64,000 nucleotides of DNA from Octopus sinensis. Lineage: Eukaryota. The stretch lies in contig NC_042999.1 in the NCBI RefSeq assembly GCF_006345805.1, positions 60,946,001-61,010,000 of the forward strand, read 5' to 3'. Shown piece after piece: positions 38,095-52,264 of the stretch. Position 1 is the first letter of the stretch. Every line of letters begins with the position of its first letter. The translations under genes and the position numbers were made by a program. The notes beneath the pieces are model-generated. The model was not told the origin of the DNA. It saw only the letters and a program-made list of their open reading frames with translations, and did not search any database.

Positions 38095-40280
38095 GATCTA
38101 TATATATACTTTATGGGAGTTACCACCGATAAACACTCACAAGTAAAGTGATCACCTTCGAGCACGACCTACGACTGTGAAGTGAAAAACATCGTTATTG
38201 TGAAAAATAACCCGAGAAAATAATTATGAACCGAAAGTCTGCCTGAAACACATAACCTGTATATCGCATTATGAAAGGGGATACCATCAAGCTAGTAAAT
38301 GCTCCTTCCAAGAAAGACCTATTGTCATTCGGTGAAGAATCTGGAAATGTGAATAAATAACAGAATCGCAATGCAGTATCGTTAAAAGGGCTACAAATTG
38401 AATATTGTGGGAATGCCTCTCCCAAATTTTATATCACCAGTGAAAAATTTCCTGAGGGTTATTTTAAATCCTCGGAATAGAAAATCACCTGGTATAGACC
38501 TGATACTGGTGCAAAAATGTCACGTTCTACAGGGTAATTTTCAAGACCCAGTTTAAAAACAGAAATCAACGGACGCTGAGATAGATATACCATAACAAAG
38601 AGAAATACCAAGAGCAAAGTGACCCATGTGGCCAAACACTATTGGCCCATCTCATGCGTAAATGGATGTTATGTACAAACTGTGTACAGTTTGTATGTTT
38701 CTCCAAGACCGCTGCCAAACAAATGTGATGATAGATGAACTGCAAGAAGAAAGGTGCCGGGAGCTGTAGTAAACAGCTCCTCCTCAAAAATGCTGTCCTT
38801 ACAGAAGCTAAGCTATATCACCGTAATCTCTTTACAGTATAGCTACACAACAAGATAGTAATACTCATGGATGATACAATCACCGCCCCTTGCCTAAGTA
38901 CCAGCTGTTATAGTAAATACCATCGAAAGACTGACCACATCATGACCTACACAGTAATCATTGACAATTCCAGGGTGATATTTTATCCGTAATGTTGTTT
39001 GTACTGGAAGTAAACTCCGTGTCAGCCCTGTTAACAAAATGCCAGGATACATTCTGGGGAACAAAGAAAAGATTAAAATTAATGTCACGTACTCATTTTT
39101 CGTTGATGTCCTAAAGTTATAATCTGGTAATAGACGAATAGAACTAGTCACAACATCCTCACGAGACAAGCATGATGTTTGAGCTTGATAAATATTCATA
39201 CATGATAGTTAACCGAAGAAATATTGTCAACCAGACCGAGAATATGTACGTCAATATCTTGTCTATCTCCCCTATCTTTATTAATGAAAACTACAAGTAT
39301 CTCATAATCAACGAGAATGTTGCATACGCTGATGCTATGAATAAAGCCAGAATACCAGTACAGTAGACACCGGAAAATATGGCACACGGAATTGTCTGCA
39401 TTTAACAAAACCACATCCCATAATGGTTTGTTAGTAGCAATGCTAGTACCAAAATTTGGGATTCTGGACTGAACACTCAACTTGATTTGCAGCCTGGACA
39501 TGAAAACTAGAAAGCTACTGACCATTACTGGAAACTTCGACACTAACAACAACAATGGTAGGATGTGCTATACCAAGATGTGAGATATCACCCACATGAT
39601 CGGTAACTACCCCAAAATGTCTACAAGGTAGTACCATCCTCTAAGTTGTGATATTGTTGCAAAGACTATTTACAATGCTATCCACAAGAATGATTGCTCA
39701 GACATGTACATATAAGACGTGTCACAACCAGAAAATATCCGCACCTTTAGAAGCCAGGAATAACAGTGGAACACCGCAATGAAAAACATCAATTCGGTAC
39801 AGACATAAGGCCTGATATTCTTCTGTTTGGGTAGGGAACAAAAGTCATACACTCTAGTAGAGGTTAGAGGACCAGCGGTTGTGAATGCGCAGTCAAAGTT
39901 TCAGGAAAAAGAGAACGTTTATGGAGAATTAATACAGAACTTACAGCTTTTGTTGTAAGTTCTGTATCACCACAAATTCTCATTTGTACCAACAAATTTA
40001 CATAAAAAACTAGAAATATTAGGTTTTTTCGAGGAAGAGGACACCGACGCGGATTCTCCGAATCCAATCTATTACTGACACAATGAAGATGTGTGAAACA
40101 TTCCAAAGATATTTTTAAATCTCAGATTGTTTAGATGAATAGATGCACAGGCTTGGGTGTGTGTATCGACAGCCGAACCAACACACCAACTCAACTACAA
40201 ATTTTCAGATACCTAGGACCCTCTTAACTCAAAAACTCTTGTCACTTTGTTAGCGATCGGCTTGATATCAAAGCGAAACA
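38095..40280 (+). mobile_element. Decayed R4/Dong-like non-LTR retrotransposon next to an (ATT)n tract
   Basis: KSPGID, KQLLLKNAVLTEAKLYHRNL, TYSFFVDVLKLY, FELDK, KIWHTELSAFNK, FGILDW...LDMKTRKLLT, RPDI; (ATT)n at 38041-38092 fits the known TAA-repeat targeting of Dong elements. Confidence 0.8.
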
Positions 40281-40963
40281 TGTATATATAGCCACACACA
40301 CATATTATGTCCGAGTGAACATGTATAGTTTCCTTAGAAGTTATTTAACACTTTAGCATCAGTTTTTACTTTAAATTCATAGTCGCATTGTTACTACGAT
40401 GATGGATGAGCACGCCACTTCTATTTGTGCAAACTTCATGTACATAGACGTAAGGCTTCATGACTTCAGCTGTCACATAGCTAGAAATAATTTTGAAAAA
40501 TATGTTCCTTATGTCCCAGATGTACTTCATTTAACAGAATTGGCATGAGATCAAATGAAGAAAAAATAATTTCAGTTTCAAATGATAAATCATTGTCAGA
40601 TGCGGCACTACCTCAACAGCACACCAAGATTAAATTAAATTTAAATTGAAGGATTTTATACATCGCTACACAGGTGTGCATGATTATATGTGTTAGTGTA
40701 GAAGTGGAGTTGTATGTGTGGTAGAGTTAAAAATCAGTATCCTTGTAGCTGTAGTGTCTTACCTTTAATTAGTATTTACAAAGTAAACCATGTGTAGACG
40801 CACTTTAAAATGACTGATAGTGAAACAGTAAAGATATTAGAATATTACTCGGCACATAACCGATTACATATCTGCGCCATATATTTATATTTTCGCACGC
40901 ACACACACACACACGCATATATGCATGTGTATATGTCTGTGTTTCTGCATGTATATGTACATA

Positions 40964-42080
40964 CAGGGATTGAACAAAATAATGGAAACGCCTTAATATT
41001 TCAAACAAATTTATTTCGGCAGTAATTACAGCTTGAATTCTACGAGGTATGAACTCGTACAAAGTTTGAATTGTTTCCAAAGGAATTTGTATCCATTCTT
41101 CGGCTAAAACAATCTCCAGTTCTGGTAGTGATGATGGTGAAGGATATTCACTTCTGACTTGGTTTTTCGAAACTGCACCATAAATGTTCAATATTATTGA
41201 GATCTAGGGACTGTGGTGGCCGGATAAGATGTTTAACTTCACTAGAATGTTCCTCGTGCCATTCAGTAAAAACAATCAGCTGTGTGAATGTGTACATTAT
41301 CATCCTGAAAGATTGTGTTACCCTCCGCGAACAATTCCGAAACATAGGATGAATTTGATCAAATAGAACGCTTAAATACTCTTGAATATTAATTCTGCCA
41401 TGAAGAGAAACCATTGGGTCGGTGGATTTCCAAGATATAGCCCCCAACATCGTTACAGATCCTCCTCCTTGTTTAATAGTTAGAAGAATGCTGTCTGGGT
41501 CAAATGCTTCTTTTGGCTGTCTCCACACGTATACTCAGCTGCTAGTCGGAAATAAGGTCAAGGATGACTCATCCGAGAAAATAACATTTTCCCACTGCTC
41601 TAGGGACCAATTCTGTAGTCTTTTACTCCACTCTAAACGCTTTGCAACGTTTGCTTTCTGATTGCAGCCCTCCTGTGAAATCCGGCTTTATGCATCTCCC
41701 GGCGAACAGTTTTTGTGAAAATTGGGTTCTCGAGGTGGTCATTAATTTCTGCGATAATTTTTGGAGCTGTAATTTTCTGATCCTTTCTAACAATTTGCAT
41801 AAGCGTCCGACGGTCCCTATCTGAAAGTTTTTCCGGCGTTTTGTTTCGACGAGGAGGTTTTTTTTCCACTTTGTCAAACGCTGTCGTCAATTTCGAGACA
41901 GCACTTCTTGATACGCCAAACATTTCAGCTGTTAACGTTACGCTAGCGCCTGCCATTCTAGCACCAATAATTTGACCTCTTTGAAAATCCGATAGATCTG
42001 TCATTTTAATGAATTTTAATTACATTTTTCTGATGATATCTGAAAAGAAGAAACAATTTTAGTAAAACATATTAAGCATA
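40964..42080 (-). mobile_element. Tc1-like transposon (frameshifted transposase 42004->~41000), one TIR
   Basis: MTDLSDFQRGQIIGARMAGAS..., VIFSDES, TIKQGGGSVTMLGAIS, FQDDN, PPQSLDLNNIEHLW; TA|CAGGGATTGAACAAAATAATGGAAAC at 40962. Confidence 0.93.
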
Positions 42081-42480
42081 TTTCTTAAATTTACATTGTG
42101 ATTAAATTTGCATTTACATTTGCCAGGGAATCTTTCATTCAAACTATTTAATATTGTTCTCTTCACGTTAATCAACCTTCTTGGTCTAATTAATTAAGTC
42201 ATTCCATAGTATGAGTTATACTTGAATTTGATATTAATAAGTAAAACAATAATTAAATCTATCAAATCTCGATACTTAGATTTTTAAACCAGCTGCCTAA
42301 TCTTTTAATTTTCACATGTAATCGATGTATATCAATGAAGAGACAACGTATTCTCTTGCGAAATCAGAGTATATATGCTTATTTGAAATTTTATTATTGT
42401 AAAAGCTTACGTTTACATGTTTATACATATTATTATACACAAATCCACGCGCGTGCCTATATATGTGTGTATGAGTATAC

Positions 42481-42745
<265 letters not shown>

Positions 42746-43859
42746 TGGGTAAGACCTCTATTTCTTTTCTTGCTTTCTGTCTATCCGTTTACATCTACAT
42801 AAAGATTTGTGTATGTTTGCGTGTGTGTGTATTTGCGTGTGTTGGTGTGTGTAATTGTATCTCTCTCTCCTTTTCTCTCTCTCCTCCTCTCTCTCCCCCT
42901 CTCTCTCTCCCCTTTCTCTCTCTCTCTCTCTCTGTACATGTTCGATTTTTTGGTGGGAAGCAGCTTAAAGCTTGTTGACGTGGTCGATCTTGTTTACGTG
43001 AGAAAAGACATAAGTATTAATCATACAATAGCAATGCTACGAACTACGAGATCAAAGGAAGCGAATAGGTAGCGTCGCTAAATCGTCAGCGAGAATGTCT
43101 TGCTCCGAATTTTTGTGTTCTAAATTCAAATTCCCCCATGTTAACTTCCCCTTCATCCTTTCTGAATCAATAAACTAGCCAGCATTACCCTGAGGTTTAT
43201 TCTTACACTGTCTGTCTTCTCTCTCTTTCTCTATCTCTCTGTCTGCCTCTGTGCCTTTCTCCCTCTCTCTTTCTTTCTCGCTCCCTATCTCTATCTCTTT
43301 CTCTGTTCTCTCTTTCCGTCTACAAGATAACTGTTCTAGCCCAACCTTGATGGCGATTATCTTAAAAAATTCTATATTCCCTAAACACGCCGTCTGACCC
43401 ATAACCTCTACAAATCTATCATGAGTTGACTGCCCTGCCCATAGAGAAAAGAAAGTTAGATATCAGCAAACATCTTCCAAAGTTGTGTCAAAAACTCTAC
43501 AGCTAAAACACTATAAATGCTTGAGGATTAGATTGTAGCATGGCTCCTGTATAGGATACAGTTTCCCGCTGGGAATTCTTATACTTTCATAATTTTTATC
43601 AGTATTTTATCAGATGTTATGTCACCTATTGCATCGGTATAGTGTATAATCTAGTCTGTGGGATTCAAGGTCAGAATACAAACTGAAATATTAAAATCTC
43701 GAAAGAAATCTAAGATAACCACTTATATACTGACTTAGACGAAACCGACAATGGAGCCTCCCCTCCTATCATTCGATATGATACAAATGCTTCTGACAAA
43801 TGACTCACAAAAAAGTTATTCTTGATACTTTTTTTTAATATAGTTCTGTCAGGAAGATA

Positions 43860-44170
43860 TAGTGTGAGTCTGTGACACTCGCAGATCACTTGTGAGCAGC
43901 GGCACCGAACAATTTAATGAATTTGTCGAACATCTGTTGACAGTTGTAGAGAAAATATGGCTAATGGCGAATTCCAGCAAAGTGTCATTCGGAGAAGGAA
44001 GGATTTGGAGGTAATTTCTAGTGCAATGTCTTGTGAGTAGAAGCAATATGGGGTTCGATAGTTGGAAAGAAGAGGCATTCATGAGTCTTTGAATAGCACA
44101 AGACTAGTTTCAGTGAGAAAAGGCCACTCAGGGCCAAGAAGAAAACGTACAGGGAGGAGAGAGTGCCTGT
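43860..44170 (-). mobile_element. Decayed CR1/Jockey-like LINE 3' end
   Basis: Minus TRHCTRNYLQILPSPNDTLLEFAISHIF resembles a frameshifted RTxxYxxSFFPRTxxLWNxLP C-terminus. Confidence 0.4.
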
Positions 44171-45993
44171 TTATGATTTAAAGGCTGTTATCGTTTTTTG
44201 AAAATACGTTCTGGTAAGCTTATATAGTAGCATCACCGGTATCATAATAGTAACTATACTATAGTGTACATCTAAAATACGCAGGGTTGTCCTGTCTGGA
44301 ACACCTTTGGACATAGTTATACTGATGTAGATTAGATTGAGTTTGATATTGCGTTAATTCAGTTATTTTGTATTAGCCTCCTTGCTAAACTTAAAACATA
44401 TTGTTCTATTACGGCACTGATTTGTTTATTAAATTAGCAGCTTTACAGATTTCGTTTGCATACAACCATTCATTGGAATATTGGCTGAAGTAATTTTGTT
44501 TCATTCACTGGGAATATATGAGCCTTTTAATTTCAATTATTATCCCACAAAGTCATTATTTAATTACATTGAATTTCAAATATTTCCATTTTGCTTTAAC
44601 AGTGCAAATATGCTTAACTGGACTATTCCATCAAAATTTTAATTCGCTAGCCTGAGACATAAATTTATGGCCATAACTGTAAGGAAACTGAAGATTCACC
44701 GATGTATAAGGCCCAGTCAGCTGTAAATCACATCAATGCTTCTCAGGCAAAAGGAAAGAAGTGGAATTATATAAAAGAAGAAGCAAGAGAAAAGTAAAAT
44801 TCTTTCGGAAGAAACAACAAGAGTATAGGAAGTACAATAATACATATAATGATTATAAGGAGGGGAATGAAGATTAGTTAGAACGGAAGGAAGAGAAGAA
44901 TGATATATCATAAATATAATATGAAATGGAATGATATTAGTTACAATAAATTTTCGAATTTTCTTTTTATAAAAGCAGTATCGCCATTCAATATATCTTG
45001 TTTTGCGGTTTTCTTTGTTACTGCGTTCTATTCAACTCTCCTCTATCATTGAAAAATTACCAAGAACGTAAAAAAAATAGATATGAAGATCAGTCTTGCC
45101 TAGGAATGAATGCCATTTATCAAAATAATTTCTCTTTCTGAATATCAATATTCTATCCAGACTCTGCTATAACAATTGAGCGAATTGTCATGTAAAAATA
45201 AAATAAAATAAATCCAGGGAAAATATTGGACATGAATATTTCCAAGGATTTTTTTTTCTTTTTACATTTTTTCTTTCCTTCACTTTTGCTTTTCATAAAA
45301 ACAAAGTACATGAACAAAAAAGACGCCTTCTTAGATTAAGTATCAAGGGGAAAGTTCAAAAACTCGATTCTGTGTATATTTCTTCCTCCTTCAGATTTGG
45401 TATCTTCTGATTTCTAAATTCTCCACCATTGTCTCTATCACTTTCTACGTTCACTCTTTTTTTCTTTTACTTTCTTTTTACTTTCTCTCATTCTTGCTCT
45501 CACTCATACCGCTCTCAATTTTCCTCTCTCTCATTAATAATGCTCAACACAAAAGTTATGTCACTATATCGGAAAAAATGCCGGGAAAATGTTTTCATTT
45601 GCAATGCAAAGATAAGAAAAATTGCACAGTATTATATTTATAAAGAATCTGTCTTTTTTCCCTGTCTTTATCATAGGCTAGGTCAGTTATGGTCATGCAA
45701 CATTCTGGCAGCGTTCCAAATAATAAACCGTGTTACAGCCTATACACGCAGATAAAAGTTATATATTTCAATGTTTTATTAACAAAACTGTTGACTTCAG
45801 AACTGGGAAATGAAATACCAGTAATAAGCTGTTATTAAAGTATTAAATCTATACATCGAAATATAACCTAGATACATTTAAGAAAACCTGTATTACATAA
45901 TACAGTTACTGAACGTGTTTAGCCCTACGTTGCCCTTGAAGGAGCAGATCTTTGATCAAAGTTCTTCTAGCTCTGACATTTCAACTTATTTTA

Positions 45994-46376
45994 TCTCTCT
46001 CTATATAAACGGCAGTTTGTCTGTGCGTGTTTCTGTGTGTCTGTTTTCTTGTACCCTCACCCTGACCACGGCTTTCAACCGATTCTGATGAAACTTGACA
46101 CACACATAGCCCAATGTCATAATTCAAAACTAACGCAGCGAAAATTTTGAAAAGTTCCCCCAGTTCTGAAAAAAATCGATAAATTCGACATGGGGTCGAG
46201 AATCAGAAACACAAACCGCAAACTGTCTAGGGGACGCAACTCCACCTTTTTTAACTAAAAAAAAATTTACCATCATTTTTTTCCATCTTTTTGCTATTTT
46301 TTTGGCTATAACTCTCTAAAAATGCTTTATAGTTATTTCCCTTACAAACCTGAGCAACGCCGGGCGATACTGCTAG
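45994..46376 (+). mobile_element. Non-autonomous Helitron
   Basis: A|TCTCTCTCTATATAAACGGC...CCTGAGCAACGCCGGGCGATACTGCTAG|T; last ~120 bp shared with the 13820-14923 element. Confidence 0.88.
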
Positions 46377-46723
46377 TATATCTATATCTACGTTATGCAG
46401 TTTATACCTGATTTTACTACAAACTTTTAGGTTTTATGAGATATCTCTGTTATTTCAAGAAGGTCGAACGGAAAGGAAGGGCTAACTCTTTGACTCATAA
46501 CATCAAGTGTATACACATGGGATCCAACGGTGTAAACTTACTTACACAGTACCCCCATTAGAGAATCGGGCAGTAATTCACGGACATACTCATTGGACAT
46601 AGATACACATATATATGTACATATTACCGTGTTTGATACGATAAGAAAAGAATGCATAAAACCGAACACTGCCATACAAATGGGAACAAATTATGCATGT
46701 ACATACAATATATATGTTTGAAC

Positions 46724-46775
<52 letters not shown>

Positions 46776-46883
46776 ATATATATATATTTATAGAATAACA
46801 AAATAATAAATAAAACATATGCATATATACATACATATATGTACGTACCTACATCTACATGTGTATATACATGCATATCTGGG

Positions 46884-47000
46884 TACAGGACACCAAAAAA
46901 ACGTCGAACACAATGAGAAGCGAAAAGATAAAAACAAAACCAAGGAAATGGACATTTTTCTTAAACAACGAAAGAATAGAGTACAAGACATACAACATTA
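46884..47000 (+). repeat. Dispersed repeat, also at 70-167 (reverse) and related at 58669-58830
   Basis: GTACAGGAC...GAACACAATGAGAAGCGAAAAGATAAAAACAAAA vs TTTTGTTTTTATGTTTTCGTTTCTCATTGTGTTC...GTCCTGTAC. Confidence 0.65.
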
Positions 47001-47209
47001 CGTTATATAATTAGGGTTCAGTAAAATAATTTACTTTACCACACACCGAACTTTTAGAAATAGCAGCCAAAAAATCTTCGCTATTTCTTCTACTATAAGA
47101 AAAATCTCCCAGACAATGTATACTCAAAACTAATTATTTTTGAGTTCGATGCACCAAATGGCAATTGCTAAAAAGAATTCGTGAAGTAAAATCATGTAGC
47201 AACACCAAA

Positions 47210-47278
47210 TGGCGGTGCCACAGCATGGCCACAGCATGGCCACAGCTTGTGAGCTGAAACTAGATAAATAAAAAAAAG
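47210..47278 (+). mobile_element. Stand-alone 3' tail module with 11-bp internal duplication
   Basis: TGGCGGTGCCACAGCATGGCCACAGCATGGCCACAGCTTGTGAGCTGAAACTAG. Confidence 0.7.
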
Positions 47279-49040
47279 GAGGCTATTACAATATATATAT
47301 ATATTGTACTCCTATGTTAGTGAATGGAGGGGTACTATCGATATATAAGAAAATAGTTTCCCAGCTATTCACTTCCTCAGCTTCAAAAAGATTTTCTCAC
47401 GAAGATCAGGCTTTTAAAATGCCTTTTCACTCAATGAGCCGATTTTATTAACTAATCATACACTTTTTCCCCAGCTTCATCTCTCATTTGAATGATATAT
47501 GTAACGGAATATGCAATTAAATATACGCCTGTATTAAAAAAATATTTGGTTAATGAGATGATTGATGCCGCTTTCTTGATACTGTGTTCCAGGCGACAGG
47601 TTGAATGGCGGACTATTTTATGCGTAGATTGGGTTCCACATGAATCCGGTTTCGGTTTATTTGATTTTATATAAAACAGCTGGGGGAAAGTCTTCGTATA
47701 TAATTATGTAATGGTGAATAGTATTAATACGTAAGTGTTTTGGATGCCAGTTCTGAACTCTCGTTTTTCACATGTAATAATTCGTACTGAATGAAACTTG
47801 ACCTCAATGAAGGAGTCTATTTCATTCGTTTGAAGTTAAATGTATATATGTTTATATCTCCTCGAAATGGGTTCATAACTCACTTGTTATACATGTCAGT
47901 GAGAGGAAAAGGATACAGAAAACGTTTCTTGAAACATAGTAAGTACTAAATAAAATTTTCTTATTTCTTTCATTAGCCACATTCAGAAAGTCACAGGGGA
48001 TCGGAGAACATTCATATACCTCGATCTGTTAACGTCCATGACACGGACCTAATTTCATGGTTATGCCTTCCACGTTATCACAAACTGTAAAAATATTCGA
48101 ACATCATTTTACGCTGAAATTTAGGTCATTCACATGGATAAACATTAGAAACATATATGCCAGTAGAACCAGTGTTATTGAATAACTCGTTTCCATAGAA
48201 CAATTGTGGTTTTGCGTTATTATCATCGTGACCAATCAGTCTTGGAGGCACCAGTGTTGTTATTAAGCTACTGGGAAAAAGCTAGCGAATGTATAATGAC
48301 ACAGAAGCAAACAAGACATTATTGAAATACAACAGACGAAGAATTCTGCATAAATAACAGCACGAAGCCTCACGGCTATATACCGCAGAAGAAAAAAGTT
48401 AAATATTTTACAAATACCACAAATACAATATAAAGAGATTTGCCGCTATCAAACGAACTTTGTGAGGTTGCGCAGGGTAAAATAGTGTAAGGCCTAACGG
48501 ACGTAGCAGGATCCCAAAGCAGCATGACCAATTTGGTCAAAGGAAGAGTGAAAAGAAAACAATACCGCCTTCACCGGATACCGGTCACGTGGTAGGGAAG
48601 AGGAAGTATAGAGAGAGGGAAAGAATAGGATACAAAGAGAGAGAGAGAGAGATAGGACGAAGGAGCAGAGGGAGGGAAGAAACAGTGAAAGAGAAGAAAA
48701 AGACACAAGAGAGGCAAACAAGGATGAAAAGAGTGGGTAAGAGTGGTGAAAAGATAGAGTAAGAGTAGAGGTGGGAAAAAGTTAGAGCAAAGAGAGTTAA
48801 GAGTCGCACAATAAATATTCAATGAATAATATTTTTCAAGATAAAGTAAACAAACTCGGTTTGTGTTGCGCTACATGGCTGTATCAAGGACTGAATAGAG
48901 AGAAAAGAAGGAGAAAAAGTTTGACGAAATCAGAGCAAATGGGAAACTAGACGAAAACTTAACAGACAGGGAATATAGACAAAGACAAGATACATGGACT
49001 ATTCGCTGCTGAGTTCTCCGTGTATTTGAATATATTTATA

Positions 49041-49107
49041 TGGCGGTGCCCCAGCATGGCCACAGCTCGTGAGCTGAAACTAGATGAAATGAAATGAAAT
49101 GAAATGA
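49041..49107 (+). mobile_element. Stand-alone 3' tail module with (GAAAT)n tail
   Basis: TGGCGGTGCCCCAGCATGGCCACAGCTCGTGAGCTGAAACTAGAT(GAAAT)4. Confidence 0.75.
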
Positions 49108-51425
49108 GTATACATTTATTTATACTCAGCAGATGTAAAAGGGTGATTCAATGTCCAAGAGGTTTTGTGCGTTGGCGTTTATCAAACACTAAGTGCGTGG
49201 GTATGTGTGTGTTTGTGTGCGTATGTTTGTGTGTGTGTGTGTGTGTGTGGTGTATGTGTATGCGTGTGTGTGTGTTTGTGTGCGTATGCTTGAGTGTGTG
49301 TGTGTGTGGTGTATGTGCATGTGTGTGTGTGTGGTGTATGTGCATGTGTGTATGTTTGTGTGTGTGTGTGTGCTTGTGCGTACATACATGTTGGCTTAGC
49401 TCTTTGTGGAAAAATGGAAAAACAATATTAATATAAACGTAATGTATTGGGTAGCTCTCATACGGTGTTACACTTATATGATATTAGCGGAATGAGACTT
49501 TCTTGTAATTGGTATTTGTATAAACACCGATCTCGCTAATACAGAGTAAATATATAATTGTTTAAGTGCTGACCACTTCATTTCGCTTTTATTCATATTG
49601 CAAAGTATTTCACATAGTAAGTTTAATAGCCAAGAGCCAGAGAATACATACAATATTGCCCTTACAGAAAATACTTGTAATGTCTAGCATAATTTTATAC
49701 AAATACGTTATTTCTATAGCAATAGAAATAATGGTTTTTGATATAGCCAGGCATATGGAAGATAGAAATCATTGATTATTCCGACACAAATATATTTCAA
49801 TGGTATTTAGTTTCCGTCCAAGGCAGGTTGAAAATCGAAGCCCACCCTATCAGTTTTTGAACTAAGAATGTAAATTGAATGAAACTAAGTACATTTTACA
49901 TCATTCTACCATTAAATGATCTGCTAACCTATAACGTTGGTTATCTTTACTGCGTATCTATTGCTTAACTTTATTGCCCTTCCGTGTTATCCTTCTCGTT
50001 GTTAAGTCATTGCATGGTCTCATTAGTATAAACTTTTCCTTTGAGAAGCAACAGCGGCCACCTTTTTCAATCATTCTCAGTTTCACTTGGAACACCGTGA
50101 GCGATATTCTACAAGACAACGTAACTAACTCCAAAGAAAGGGCGAAGAACGGGTTTCAGTACATGGCTGGTATTTTATTCATCAACATCACTATTATGAA
50201 TGATAAAGTTTGCCTTGTTAGTATTTTGAAAAGGAACTTCAGAGGGCCAGGTATCTTATACAATCACTTAAACGATACTGTTAATTCTACGCTTTACCAA
50301 CCGCTATGTTTCAGTTAGACGCTAATACACGACTGTACTTTATTTATCAAGCTCAGTTTCGTGAATGGTAAAGTTGACCTCGAAAGTATATAAATTAAAA
50401 ACACAGAGATCCGAGAAATTCTATCCAATAACATTAAGATAACTGCCAATTCAACGCTTTACCAACCACATCCTCCAAACGGTACAAATAATAAGTGTTA
50501 TCACAAGAACGTTCAGACTACATGTTAACATCTGCAGCTCATTAGTAATAGTTAAACCTTTTGTTAGAGACCAAAGTGAAAGAGCAGTGAATCATATGTG
50601 TTCGCCTTTCTCACTTACTCTGTATCTCTCTATTTTTCTCTCTTTCCTTTTTTCCGTTCTCTATTTCATAAACATACACGCACTTACGTATATACACATA
50701 CAAAAACACTCTCGTTTCTTTAAACTTACCCTCGTATTCACGTAGTTATAAAACTTACCCTAATTAAATCTTAATCGCTTCAACCGGCTGCCATAATTTT
50801 AACTACATGAGAGATATTTCCACAACAATTCATTTGAATTTCAGATATGTTGAACACTGTCGGAAGCGATGAAATAGTTCTCCGCTATCACAACATCTCG
50901 ATACATTAAATACGTTAAATAATTTTATTCTGAATATATTCAATTATGTATTCATATCTTCAAATAAGCTTCATTCAATGCGTTAGAATAAAAGTCTAAT
51001 AATAATCCAATGTGGACATAATATACAATAGTAAATATTGATTAATAACCAGTGATGACATACAGTAATGTGAAACTAGAGAAATGTGACATTGAAGAAA
51101 CAAGGGATGATCGCAGACAAAAGAACTGAATTAATTAGTACTTGTAGCCCAGCATGGCATAAATTATGGTACTTCTACCTTAAAAGATGTTATTCATGTT
51201 AGCTATTTGCTAAGAAATCCAAATATGGTGCAATAAAATTTATTACAGGTTTATGTGCACATACAAACACACATAATGCCCATATATACATATAGTCAGA
51301 TAGAAATGGTGATTCTTGGGGCTAAATAACAGTAACATTTTTACTTTTCCTGGGACTGCCGCATTAAGTTGGCAACAAGCCATCACTTTATCGTGCTGTT
51401 ACTACATAACTCTCTCTGAGAGATT

Positions 51426-51485
<60 letters not shown>

Positions 51486-52191
51486 AATATTAGGGAATAA
51501 ATCCAAACTTACAGGGAAAAATCAGATTTAGGATTGAATCCAATTTTATAGTAAAATATTATATTATATTAAATTTATAATATATATATATATATATATA
51601 AGTAATATTCGTAGTCACTTCAATATGGTTGTCTGTTCGAACGGACTCTATTGCGAGTTTTTAACTCCAAGAGGACATCTCCACTAGCTGGTTAACGATA
51701 CAGAGCTGCATCCGTTAAATTACGAGCTGAGGAGCGAACCCGTACCACCTTCTAGTGACGGTACCAGCAGACCGAACTTTTATCCACGTAGTTTCGATGT
51801 GTGGTAAATAAAGATATATATTTGAGAAGCACGCAGAAGATTGTATGCTGGAGAATAGTAAAATTAAATGTTTAGAAGCTGCAATGCAATGAAAGTAATT
51901 CAAGAGATTCGGCAAAGATGAAACATGCCAAAAATTTGGTAACCTAAATCAGAGTGGTTGCCTAGGATGGTTGTAAGCAAATAGATGCAGTGCAAAGTAA
52001 TTTAAGACATAATTTTGTTAAGCCAAAGCAGGAAATAAGATAATATTTGTGAATTTGTTGGCTAAAACCACTATTTAATTCAATTGGGTAATCTGGTTTC
52101 AGTTAACATATTATACGGAAGAATATATTTCGTAATATTATAACGGTACGGTCACATATATATATGGTCACTGAAGATTTTGTTGATGCTT

Positions 52192-52264
<73 letters not shown>

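Noticed and set aside
47347-47383. Minus-strand CTGAGGA...GAAAC hammerhead candidate
   Set aside because: Stems II and III are too weak to distinguish from chance by eye.
51725-51800. CTGAGGAG followed by a GTACC/GGTAC hairpin
   Set aside because: No correctly placed GAAA or stem I partner.
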